Shown here piece by piece: positions 46,953-56,457 of a DNA stretch of 64,000 bases. Every line of letters starts with the position of its first letter. Positions within the stretch are counted from its first letter, which is position 1. Both the position numbers and the translations under genes were made by a program. Location: the NCBI GenBank assembly GCA_965214095.1, contig OZ243938.1, positions 992,001 to 1,056,000 on the forward strand, read 5' to 3'. The notes beneath the pieces were generated by a model. The model searched no databases. It was given only the letters and a program-made list of their open reading frames with translations, and was not told where the DNA came from. The stretch comes from Candidatus Poribacteria bacterium. Lineage in GTDB: Bacteria > Poribacteria > WGA-4E > WGA-3G.

Positions 46953-47912
46953 ATGCCAGCAAATCTACCGCCAACCTACTATAAACTCAAACACCAACAT
47001 GAAGCAGCAAAATCAGATGAAGAACGGCTGAGTCTGTTAGAGGAAATGCTGCGAATTGTTCCAAAACATAAAGGCACAGAAAAAGTAGTATCGGATTTAC
47101 GTAAACGAATCGCAGTCCTGAAAAAAGGACCATCAGGTAAAGGTGGTAAAGGGGCAGGCAAAAAGGGGTATAGTGAACATATACCGAAACAGGGAGCAGG
47201 ACAACTTGTGATGTTAGGTCCACCCAACAGTGGGAAATCACAGATACTTGCCAACTGGACAAAAGCGAAATCTGAAGTATCACCGACACCATACACTACG
47301 ACGATGCCGATTGTAGGGATGCTTCCCTATGAGAATATACAATTCCAACTGATTGACACCCCTTCAATACTGGAGGATTTTATCTCTCCTGCAGTATTAA
47401 CATTGGTCAGAAATGCTGATTTGTGTTTAGGTGTAATAAGTCTTGCGAACGATAATCTTTTAGATGAATTAGATTTTGTTCTGTCAGTTTTCAACGAGCA
47501 AAGAGGAGATGTTGATGGAGATGAGTTAGGATATATCTTTGTTGCGAATCAGCTTGATGCACCAGATGCTAATGATAGATTAGAGATACTATCTGAGTTT
47601 TATGGTGATGATGTGCCTATCTATGCAATCTCTGCTGAGACAGGAGAGGGCAAAGAAGAGTTATTACAAGGTTTATATGATATATTGGACATCGTTCGTG
47701 TTTATCCGAAAGCACCGGGAAAATCTGTAGAACGGGATGACCCTATTGTTTTACCGAACGGTGCAACTGTACTTGATGCTGCCCTCGGTCTACACAAAGA
47801 TTTTGCGGAATTCAAACTCGCACGAATATGGGGACCAGAATGGCACGATGGACAGCCAGTTAGTCGAAACGATGTAATATATGATGGTGATGTGGTTGAA
47901 TTCCATTTATAA
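46953..47912 (+). CDS. DRG/OBG-family GTPase with TGS domain
   Basis: MPANL start, PKHKGTEK, GPPNSGKS, PYTT..P..GM, QLIDTP, ISAE, ARIWG...GQ.V...DGDVVEFH. Confidence 0.88.
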   Translation: MPANLPPTYYKLKHQHEAAKSDEERLSLLEEMLRIVPKHKGTEKVVSDLRKRIAVLKKGPSGKGGKGAGKKGYSEHIPKQGAGQLVMLGPPNSGKSQILANWTKAKSEVSPTPYTTTMPIVGMLPYENIQFQLIDTPSILEDFISPAVLTLVRNADLCLGVISLANDNLLDELDFVLSVFNEQRGDVDGDELGYIFVANQLDAPDANDRLEILSEFYGDDVPIYAISAETGEGKEELLQGLYDILDIVRVYPKAPGKSVERDDPIVLPNGATVLDAALGLHKDFAEFKLARIWGPEWHDGQPVSRNDVIYDGDVVEFHL

Positions 47913-47950
47913 TTGAAAAATATTTGAATAATGAAAAAAGGAGAATTGTT

Positions 47951-48199
47951 GTGGTAACCAAGATACAAAAAACTGATAATTGTGATAGTATCTATTTTAC
48001 AAAGACAATGTTGGACGAAGCAAAAATCAAAGCGGGGGATGAAGTCCAGGTAACAATTCAAAATGGTAGGATAATTGTTGAAACTCGTGCTATAGCAAGA
48101 AAACGAATTGATTTACAGGAGTTACTTGCCGAAATGCCCGAAGAATATCAACCAGAGGAAACAGATTGGGGTAACCCCGTTGGTAAAGAGGTATGGTAG
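47951..48199 (+). CDS. MazE/AbrB-family antitoxin (divergent)
   Basis: AGGAG RBS with GTG start; GDEVQV...GRIIV...LQELLA.MP......DWG.PVGKEVW is a MazE C-terminus. Confidence 0.8.
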   Translation: MVTKIQKTDNCDSIYFTKTMLDEAKIKAGDEVQVTIQNGRIIVETRAIARKRIDLQELLAEMPEEYQPEETDWGNPVGKEVW

Positions 48200-48287
48200 A
48201 TGCGAAGGTATATTCCAGAGAAAGGAGATTTCGTCGTCTATCATTCGATCCACAATCAGGATATTAACAGAGAGGAAGACGCCTGCA
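48200..48287 (+). pseudogene. Truncated MazF toxin remnant
   Basis: YIPEKGDFVV, frameshift, then LSFDPQSGY*QRGRR, matching the MazF N-terminus (YIPxxGD..LxFDPQxGHEQxGRRP); remainder deleted. Confidence 0.75.
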
Positions 48288-49883
48288 ATGAACAACAAAA
48301 AGCGGAAACATCCATTCCTTATCTATTCTCTGTTAATCCACATTATTCTTCTATTTTGTTTGTGGTGGTATTCTCCAACAGACATAGCACAACCAGATTT
48401 CAGACCTAGCATAGTTGGAGAACTTGTGCCAATTCAACGCATTATTATTAAACCCAAACCACCTGAGGTCGTGGAAATACCTATCCCTACAAAGAACGAT
48501 AATTCTAATGAAGAAGAAGTGGAAACCACTCCTACGCCACCGAAACCAACCGTTGATATAAACACAGCACTGTTGAATATTGATAGTTTTGAAGAAATGG
48601 AAGCAACATCAGAAAGACGGACACAAGAAAACATCAATGTCCCACCCGAAGATGCAAGAAACGATGGAGAAGACATTCACACATTACGACATACAAATAT
48701 AACACAGAAACCACACACACATAACACAGCTGTCAAAGTTAATCGTGACCAATTTACACTGACATCTACATCAAAAAATACCATTCAAACACCAAATGTA
48801 GACACAAGTGCAATCAATTTAGTGGTAAGTGGCACATTGAGTGGTGTATCCCCAAAGGCAGGTGCACCACAAATCCATTACGGTAGTAAGCGAGGCGATG
48901 CCTTCCGAGCTACTGGTATGGGAAATACTTGGGGTGGTAGTAGCACATCAGGTGGTAGAAAAGTCGGTGGGATTTATATCAAGATGATGAAAGACATTGC
49001 TGGTCAACTTACATCAGCGACAACTGCAGATAAGGTTGATATAGTCTTTCTGCTCGATGAAACCGCAAGTATGATGGACAATATCCGTGGGATTCGTGCA
49101 TATTTTGACTTTGTGTTTGATGCCTTCCAGCGAGAAAAACGAGATGCCGCCTACGGATTGGTGACATTCACAGATAAGGTAAAAACTTATGGGTTAACGA
49201 CAGACTTCGGCAAATTCAAGAATTTGTTGTTCAAGATTGATGTTGATCGTGGTGGAGATATGTCGGAAGGAGGTTTAGACGCATTGATGGATGCTGTCAA
49301 TAAGATGCGATTCAGACGAAATGCACAACGTTTCTTTATACTCGCTAGTGATGCTGCCTTTCATGATGCCGATTTTGATGGCAAGTCACAATATAGTCTT
49401 GATGAAGTCATCTCCACCTTGCAAAAGGAGCAAATTCGTGTTGAGGTGATTGGTCTTGATTATCTGCCGATCAAACAGATTGCAATAGCCACAGGTGGAA
49501 CGTGGCGTGTAATACCTGGAAGAGGGTATTTGGAATATATACCTCCGATAACGCTTACGGAGAAAATGCTATCTAAATTGGGAACGCTCAGTATTGATAA
49601 AGAGACTTTAGGAGATAGAATCACGGTATATGTCAACAATCCACCTCGTCCGAAGCATGTGACACTAACGTGGAAGGTACTCAATCCATTAGGCGAGAGA
49701 TGTTACGGTCCTTTCAGTGAAAAGAGAACAGTACCAGTTGACACTTCAAAATATATAGAATTTACGCCTCTTCTTGAAAGTAATACATTTCAAAAAATGC
49801 AAGGGACATATACCGTAATTTATCGTCTGCAAAACGATCAAGGACACAAGAGTATTCTTCGTAGGACATATACATATAAGTAA
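48288..49883 (+). CDS. Membrane-anchored vWA domain protein
   Basis: N-terminal TM SLLIH, Pro-rich linker, DIVFLLDETASM (MIDAS-like), GGD..EGGLDAL, ILASDA.FH, IA.ATGG. Confidence 0.85.
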   Translation: MNNKKRKHPFLIYSLLIHIILLFCLWWYSPTDIAQPDFRPSIVGELVPIQRIIIKPKPPEVVEIPIPTKNDNSNEEEVETTPTPPKPTVDINTALLNIDSFEEMEATSERRTQENINVPPEDARNDGEDIHTLRHTNITQKPHTHNTAVKVNRDQFTLTSTSKNTIQTPNVDTSAINLVVSGTLSGVSPKAGAPQIHYGSKRGDAFRATGMGNTWGGSSTSGGRKVGGIYIKMMKDIAGQLTSATTADKVDIVFLLDETASMMDNIRGIRAYFDFVFDAFQREKRDAAYGLVTFTDKVKTYGLTTDFGKFKNLLFKIDVDRGGDMSEGGLDALMDAVNKMRFRRNAQRFFILASDAAFHDADFDGKSQYSLDEVISTLQKEQIRVEVIGLDYLPIKQIAIATGGTWRVIPGRGYLEYIPPITLTEKMLSKLGTLSIDKETLGDRITVYVNNPPRPKHVTLTWKVLNPLGERCYGPFSEKRTVPVDTSKYIEFTPLLESNTFQKMQGTYTVIYRLQNDQGHKSILRRTYTYK

Positions 49884-49907
49884 TAGACAAGGTGAAATTT
49901 AGATAAT

Positions 49908-51077
49908 ATGAGAGATATGATTTTTGAAAAGTGTCATCAACATTTTGATGATATTGTAGCAATCCGTCGCGACATACATCAACATCCTGAGATAGGATTT
50001 GATGTTGAACGTACTGCTGGAATCGCAGCAGATGCCCTTGATGCCCTTGACATACCTGTTAGAACAGGCATAGGTAAGACAGGGGTTGTCGGGGATTTGG
50101 AGATAGATGGCGCGACGAGATGTATTGCATTACGTGCTGATATGGATGCTCTGCCTATTCAAGAACAGACAGATGTTCCCTTTAAATCCAGAATTGACGG
50201 AAAAGCACATCTGTGTGGACATGATGCACATACTGCTATGCTAATCGGCACTGCAAGGATACTCTCAAATCTGAAGAGTCAACTCAAAGCAAACATACGA
50301 TTTATCTTTCAACCTTGCGAAGAAGCATATCCGGGTGGTGCACAAGCGATGATTTCAGATGGCGTGCTTGAGGGTGTTGACGAAATCTACGGTATACATG
50401 TCTTTCCATTGTATCCTGTTGGCAAATATGCAACCTGTCCTGGTCCTATGCTCGCACAATCGGATATTTTTGAGATAACTATTACTGGAAGAGGAGGACA
50501 TGCAGCGTTTCCATATCTTACTGTGGATCCGATAGTTATCGGTGCTGAATTTGTAAATGCTGCGCAGACAATTGTGTCAAGAAATGTGGACCCGTTAGAC
50601 TCTGCTGTAGTCAGTATTACACAGTTTCACGGTGGAGATGCTAAGAATGTAATTCCACCTTCCGTAACACTCGGTGGCACAGTTCGCACTCTAAATCAGG
50701 AAGTTCAAAAACGTATTAGTTCACAGTTGGAAAACTTACTCGCAGGAATAGCGAAAGCACACGATGCAACATACACCTTTGCCTACCAAGAAGGATGTCC
50801 GGTTACTTACAATCATGACCTGTGTGTAGAAAAAGTCCTCTCATCAGCAAAAACATTAGTTGGAGATGAAGATGTTATCTATCCAATTTCTCCAATACTT
50901 GGTGGTGAAGATTTCGCTTGCTATTCTCAACATATCCCCGCTTGTTTTGTTATGGTAGGGGCAGGAAATGAACAGGAAGGGATTGTTAACATGTGCCATC
51001 ATCCACAATTTGATATAGATGAATCTTGTATGCTTTACGGTATGGCTCTAACGTCAAGTCTCGGCCTAATGCAATGA
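49908..51077 (+). CDS. M20D amidohydrolase
   Basis: RRDIHQHPE.GF, LRADMDALP, HLCGHDAH, FQPCEE, GRGGHAA.P, GGEDF, HHP.FD.DE. Confidence 0.93.
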   Translation: MRDMIFEKCHQHFDDIVAIRRDIHQHPEIGFDVERTAGIAADALDALDIPVRTGIGKTGVVGDLEIDGATRCIALRADMDALPIQEQTDVPFKSRIDGKAHLCGHDAHTAMLIGTARILSNLKSQLKANIRFIFQPCEEAYPGGAQAMISDGVLEGVDEIYGIHVFPLYPVGKYATCPGPMLAQSDIFEITITGRGGHAAFPYLTVDPIVIGAEFVNAAQTIVSRNVDPLDSAVVSITQFHGGDAKNVIPPSVTLGGTVRTLNQEVQKRISSQLENLLAGIAKAHDATYTFAYQEGCPVTYNHDLCVEKVLSSAKTLVGDEDVIYPISPILGGEDFACYSQHIPACFVMVGAGNEQEGIVNMCHHPQFDIDESCMLYGMALTSSLGLMQ

Positions 51078-51098
51078 AAACAAACAAGGAATATACTC

Positions 51099-53396
51099 AT
51101 GCAACATTTTTTTTCCTTAATTAATAAAATTTCAGTCGGTCTGCCTATTATACTGTTATTCCTTTTTGTTTCTACATTTAGTATTGTCCTTGCTCAGAGG
51201 CAATCTACAGACGAACAAATAGAAAGGGTAAATACACTTAGGGCAATCCAAGATGCAAACGATCATTATTACCAAAAACGTTATGCTGAAGCTATTAAAG
51301 CGTATCAAGGATTGCTGAAAGCAACACTTTCACAGACACAAAAAGATTCTATGCGTTTGATGCTTGCACAGAGTTATGCCAAACTCGGTGAAGATGCTGA
51401 AGCACGCAAAATTCTGAAAGCAGTCATAGATGAAAATCCTGATGGTTCGTATGCATCTCAGGCAGTACATCAACTTTCAAATCTGTATAGTCAACGTTAT
51501 CAGTATAATGAAGCAAAGATCATGTGCAAGCAGATAATAAAACAACACCCTGACACTGCTACTGCTGCCGTTGCCACCTACTTAATTGCTTATTATGAAT
51601 ATGTTGAGGGTGATTATGAATCTGCAATGAAGAGTTACAAGCATTTTCTTGATAAGTATCCGAATTCCATCTATCGTTCATCGGCTATTAGTAGTTTGGT
51701 TCGTCTTTATACACAGAACAAACGTTTTTCAGACGCAGAAAAACTCATAAAAGACCGACTAAAAATTAATGCCACGGATACTACGTTGTTGGAAGAATTA
51801 GCCAATATATATCAACAGCAAGGCAAATCTCAAAAGGCACTTGAACTATATCAAGGAGTGCTTGAAAAGAATCCAGCAAACACAACAATACGACGGAAAT
51901 TAGGGTCTCTCTATGCTGAAATTGGCGATAAAGAAAAAGCAATAGAGGAATGGGAAAAATTGGTTAAGGGAGATCATAATCAACATCAGCAGTTAGGGAT
52001 GATATATGTTTCTCACAAGATGTATGCTGACGCCATCGAATCATATCAGCAAGCAATACGATCAAACCCCAGTTATGGTTATCTGTATACGCAACTTGCA
52101 GCAGTATATAGCATCCAAGGAGATATTGAAAAAGCTGCTGCTACCTACCTTGATGGATTACAGACCGTTGGTCCAAGCACAAGTCAACGTGCAGCAATTT
52201 GGCAATCTATGCTTGAAATATATCAAGGTGAAAGACAAGAACCATTAAGGAAGAAGTTGATTGCTCAATATGAAACGGTTCATCAAGCTGCACCAACTAA
52301 TCTCAACAATGCATTGACTTTAGGTGAGATGTACTACTATGCTGGACAAGAACCCCAAGCACTAAAAATACTTACACAAATCCACAAAACCTATCCTACT
52401 CCCACTGATTCAACATTGGAGAAGTTAGCGAATGATCTTGAACGAAATCAAAATCCTTATGCGGTTGAATTCTATACATCTCTCCTGCAACTTTCAAATG
52501 ACAGAAGAATATTAACAAATGCACGATATAAACTTGCAAAGCTATACCAAAAGAATAAACAGTGGGATGAAGCAATAACGATTTTGAAGAAATTAGACCA
52601 GAATAGTTTCTCAGTGGATAGAAAACTTTTACTTGCAAAAACACAACTACACGGGCTGCATAACCCCAAAGCCGCACATATAACTCTACAACCCTTGTTA
52701 TCCAGAAATATGCCTGCATCCCAATTGGTAGAAGTGAATTTGATTCTTGGTGAATGTCATCTGCTTCTAAAACGGTGGACTCTTGCGAGAGATGTGTTAG
52801 AACCGATTGCAAACAGTGCCGGTCGGTCAAGTGCTACTGCGCGAAAACTGTTGGGTGATTCTTACTTCTTTGCTACAGAATTTGATAACGCAGTATCGGA
52901 ATATCAAAAAGTCTTACGGACTTCAAAATCGGATGAACTAACAAACGATGCGCTTGAACGGATTGTATTGATACAAGACAATTCCGATTACCTGTCTATC
53001 CCATTGACAGACTATGCAAATGCACTTCAATACTTCCTAACAGGAGACACGAAATCAGCCATCACACAGTGTGAGGATACAATTTTAGCACATCCGAAAG
53101 CATCAATTGTTGACGATATTTGGATGCTTCAGGGAAAAATATATCTTTCACAGAAATCAGATGGAAATGCCATATATTCATATCGTCAGGTTGTATCACT
53201 TGAAAGTTCATTGGCAGCCGAAGCATTAGCACAAATCGCAGAAATATATCAGAAAAAGAGTGATTTTACCAGTGCTGCTGAAACTTATACCACATTGCTA
53301 CAAACATATCCTGATATTAGCATCGTTCCACATATCCGGCAACAGTTGGATCAGATTACGAAGATGATAAATAGTACTGATGATAAATCACCATAA
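51099..53396 (+). CDS. Large secreted TPR protein
   Basis: Signal peptide/TM and many TPR units; NDALER..LI.DN segment near the C-terminus. Confidence 0.85.
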   Translation: MQHFFSLINKISVGLPIILLFLFVSTFSIVLAQRQSTDEQIERVNTLRAIQDANDHYYQKRYAEAIKAYQGLLKATLSQTQKDSMRLMLAQSYAKLGEDAEARKILKAVIDENPDGSYASQAVHQLSNLYSQRYQYNEAKIMCKQIIKQHPDTATAAVATYLIAYYEYVEGDYESAMKSYKHFLDKYPNSIYRSSAISSLVRLYTQNKRFSDAEKLIKDRLKINATDTTLLEELANIYQQQGKSQKALELYQGVLEKNPANTTIRRKLGSLYAEIGDKEKAIEEWEKLVKGDHNQHQQLGMIYVSHKMYADAIESYQQAIRSNPSYGYLYTQLAAVYSIQGDIEKAAATYLDGLQTVGPSTSQRAAIWQSMLEIYQGERQEPLRKKLIAQYETVHQAAPTNLNNALTLGEMYYYAGQEPQALKILTQIHKTYPTPTDSTLEKLANDLERNQNPYAVEFYTSLLQLSNDRRILTNARYKLAKLYQKNKQWDEAITILKKLDQNSFSVDRKLLLAKTQLHGLHNPKAAHITLQPLLSRNMPASQLVEVNLILGECHLLLKRWTLARDVLEPIANSAGRSSATARKLLGDSYFFATEFDNAVSEYQKVLRTSKSDELTNDALERIVLIQDNSDYLSIPLTDYANALQYFLTGDTKSAITQCEDTILAHPKASIVDDIWMLQGKIYLSQKSDGNAIYSYRQVVSLESSLAAEALAQIAEIYQKKSDFTSAAETYTTLLQTYPDISIVPHIRQQLDQITKMINSTDDKSP

Positions 53397-53417
53397 TTAT
53401 ATCCAACCAATTGCATA

Positions 53418-55082
53418 ATGAAAAATGTCTTTCATCTAATTCTCATCTACCTATTCCTTTTCTTATCCATCTTTCCCATAAACGCAGATGAAACTGCAAT
53501 ACGTTTTACAGATCAAACACTTGCTGCAAAAATCAACTTTAGACATAACAACGGAGCTTCTGATCATAGATATCTACCTGAAACAATGGGGGCTGGTTGT
53601 CTGTTTTTTGATTTTGATAATGATGGACTCCTTGATATATTCCTTGTCAACAGTGGCAAGTCTTGTGCAAATCCGTCCAAACACCGAACAAATCCTGACG
53701 AGATGAATGTTTTATATCGCAACAACGGAGATGGCACATTCACTGATGTTTCGAAACAATCCGGATTTGAGAAAAATTACGGATTCGGAATGGGATGTAT
53801 CTCTGCTGATTATGACAATGACGGTGATGCTGACCTATATCTCACTAACTATGGAAGCAATCAACTTTACCGCAATAATGGAGATGGCACATTTACGGAT
53901 GTGACAACGCAGGCAAGTGTTGGTGATAGTCGTTGGAGTGTGAGTGCTTCATTCGGTGATTTCAACCTTGATGGATACCTTGATCTCTATGTTGTGAACT
54001 ACTTAGATTATCAGATTGAAACAGCACACCCATGTATACTTGAGGGTGTTCATATCTATTGCGGTCCACACGAATATCCTGGTGCTCAAGATACACTTTA
54101 CCAAAACAATGGTGATGGCACATTTACGGATGTGACAGACAGTGCCGGAGTACTAAATGATGGAAAGGGTTTAGGTGTCCTATTCACAGATTACAACAAC
54201 GATGGTAAACCAGATATTTTTGTTGCAAACGATGCAGTCGAAGATTTTCTATATCATAACAACGGGGATGGCACATTTAAAGATGTTGCTGTTTCTGCAG
54301 GTATTGCCTATAACTCAGAGGGACGTGCAACTGCAAGTATGGGTATTGCCAACGGTGACTACGACAATGATGGATTGTTAGATCTGTTTGTCACAAATTT
54401 CTCTTTAGAAGTGAACAGTCTCTTTCACAACGATGGTGATGGTTTCTATACAATGACTACATTTGAGACTGGACTGGCTGAACCCAGTTTCTCTCAACTC
54501 GGTTTTGGCGCACAATTTCTTGATGCTGATAATAACGGAACATTAGACCTGTTTGTTGCTAATGGACATGTGTGGGATAACGTAGCAGAAATCACCCCTT
54601 CGTTGTCCTACAAGCAGACATGTCAGTTCTTTGCTAACATGGAAGAGGGCAAATTCACAGATATATCTGAAACAGTAGGGAAATTTTTCACAAATCCCGT
54701 TGTTGCGCGTGGTACAGCAATCGGGGATTATGACAATGATGGAGATATGGATATTCTGATATCCTGCTGTGGGGACAATCCTGTTCTACTGCGAAATGAC
54801 ACCCAATTGAACAATAATTGGTTGAAAATTAAACTCGTTGGTAATACAAGCAACCGTGATGGAATTGGTTCAAAAGTCATTGTACGCTCAGGAGACTTCA
54901 CACAGATAAAAGAGATTACGTCTGGTGGTAGTTATGCATCTGGTAGCGATAATTCAATCCATTTTGGACTTGGAAATCATTCAGAAGTAGAGACAATCGA
55001 AGTAAAGTGGCAGTCTGGACATATTCAAAGACTAAAAAACATATCAGTCAATCAGGTAGTTCAAATTGAAGATAATGACTGA
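53418..55082 (+). CDS. CRTAC1/ASPIC-UnbV family FG-GAP protein
   Basis: ETMGAG, repeated DYDNDG..DL and LYRNNGDGTFTDV, SNRDGIG...GGSYASG...HFGLG. Confidence 0.93.
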   Translation: MKNVFHLILIYLFLFLSIFPINADETAIRFTDQTLAAKINFRHNNGASDHRYLPETMGAGCLFFDFDNDGLLDIFLVNSGKSCANPSKHRTNPDEMNVLYRNNGDGTFTDVSKQSGFEKNYGFGMGCISADYDNDGDADLYLTNYGSNQLYRNNGDGTFTDVTTQASVGDSRWSVSASFGDFNLDGYLDLYVVNYLDYQIETAHPCILEGVHIYCGPHEYPGAQDTLYQNNGDGTFTDVTDSAGVLNDGKGLGVLFTDYNNDGKPDIFVANDAVEDFLYHNNGDGTFKDVAVSAGIAYNSEGRATASMGIANGDYDNDGLLDLFVTNFSLEVNSLFHNDGDGFYTMTTFETGLAEPSFSQLGFGAQFLDADNNGTLDLFVANGHVWDNVAEITPSLSYKQTCQFFANMEEGKFTDISETVGKFFTNPVVARGTAIGDYDNDGDMDILISCCGDNPVLLRNDTQLNNNWLKIKLVGNTSNRDGIGSKVIVRSGDFTQIKEITSGGSYASGSDNSIHFGLGNHSEVETIEVKWQSGHIQRLKNISVNQVVQIEDND

Positions 55083-55088
55083 TTTACC

Positions 55089-55117
55089 TTGACAATTACA
55101 AAATTGAATTATAGAAT
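55089..55117 (+). promoter_or_regulatory. Putative sigma70 promoter
   Basis: TTGACA-17 bp-TAGAAT upstream of 55142. Confidence 0.55.
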
Positions 55118-55141
55118 TGTAATTTAGGAGGATACAGTTTT

Positions 55142-55900
55142 ATGAAAAATCTTAGATTATTGAAAATTATATGTTATAGTGTCATTATTTGTTTATTTGC
55201 AACCTCGTCGGCAATGATAAATGTAGTATCTGCTGCCGACTCATTCGGTGACCCATTTGAAGGTGACAAATTGCATAATCCTAACTGGAATTGGCAAAAC
55301 GAACCTTCAACTTGGGATATCGGTGATACGCGCGAGGGTGCCTTATATATAAGTAGTGAACCAAACCGAAATGTGTGGGCTTCAGATGATTCACATTTCT
55401 TGTATCAAGAAACTGATGCTGACACGTTTGATGTCTCAACCCATTTCTCAGCAAAATGGGATGCTAATTCTGGTGTCAATGGACTCCTTGTGAAGAGTCC
55501 TTCAGACAATAACTGGGTTACAGTGAAATTCTGGTCACGCGATGCTGGTCCAATGGGACATATTCAGTATCAAACCAAACAAGCCGGTTTAGGACCGTCA
55601 GATGTCCAATGGAGATTTGGCGATTGGGGAGATATCCAACTGTCTTTCAGACTCAAAAAAGAAGGCAATACATACACTGCCTGGTATAAAGCAGAAGGTG
55701 ATGAAGAGTGGTTAGATATTGGAGAAGGCACCTTTGACTTGAGTCCACCACTACAACTCGGCATATATGCTGGTGTAGCAGCAGATTCAGGAAAATTAGA
55801 AGTAGAATATGAATACTTTGAAGACCATGTGAACCCAACGGATGTTGAACCTGAAGGAAAGGTTGCGACAACGTGGGGTATGGTAAAATCCCGTTATTAA
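55142..55900 (+). CDS. Secreted ConA/DUF1349-like beta-sandwich protein, paralog 1
   Basis: Signal peptide; RLKKEGNTYTAWY...W..IG...LG.YAG...EYEYF; ends VEPEGKVATTWGMVKSRY. Confidence 0.8.
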   Translation: MKNLRLLKIICYSVIICLFATSSAMINVVSAADSFGDPFEGDKLHNPNWNWQNEPSTWDIGDTREGALYISSEPNRNVWASDDSHFLYQETDADTFDVSTHFSAKWDANSGVNGLLVKSPSDNNWVTVKFWSRDAGPMGHIQYQTKQAGLGPSDVQWRFGDWGDIQLSFRLKKEGNTYTAWYKAEGDEEWLDIGEGTFDLSPPLQLGIYAGVAADSGKLEVEYEYFEDHVNPTDVEPEGKVATTWGMVKSRY

Positions 55901-55952
55901 AATAAATTTTGTGGGGTTGACTTTAAGTTTGCCCCACCTATATTTCACTTAA

Positions 55953-56368
55953 CGATCTTCCGTCAAATCCCCATGCTTTAGCTTGTGGGATGTAGACGGA
56001 ACCAACGATGTGATGGACAGCACGAAATGTCCGGCGAAAGTGGAAATAAACCCCATCGCTACAAACCCTATAAAGTTGGTGGATAGCGTCCATATCAAGC
56101 CAATGCGTCTAACAAACGCAGACTGGAATGCGTGAGCGGAGGAGACCCCTCCCGAAGTCTACGGACTTGTCGCGCGGCGTGCCTGGTAGGAGGGGCAGCT
56201 GTAAAATGGGTGGAAACAGAGCCAACCCACGACGTTAGCGAAAAACGAATCAAACAGGCAGGCTTAGCTGCCTAAAGTGGAGATGACGTGAGACGGGTGA
56301 TCCTTTTGGAGAAACGCTGTTGTCAAGGAAACACAAGCCCCAACCTTTAGGTTGTGGGTCACTATGAC
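55953..56368 (+). mobile_element. ORF-less IS200/IS605 derivative (PATE-like) carrying an omegaRNA-like structured region
   Basis: Left end ATCTTCCGTCAAATCCCCATGCTTTAGCTTGTGGGATGTAGAC resembles the left end of the 16009-17430 IS; right end AAGCCCCAACCTTTAGGTTGTGGG; no ORF of 60 aa or more inside. Confidence 0.7.
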
Positions 56369-56457
56369 TTACTTATCAATATTCTTGAATACAATAATGT
56401 AAGTTTGTTGCTTTAGTAATAGATCAATTTACAAATATGAATATGAGGTAACTTTTA

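Noticed and set aside
48108-48287. N-terminal extension of the vWA ORF given by the ORF track
   Set aside because: It overlaps mazE and the mazF remnant; ATG 48288 directly precedes the TM anchor
55953-56368. Group I intron (IStron) or group II intron
   Set aside because: No P/Q/R/S core motifs, no GTGCG start and no domain V consensus were recognised
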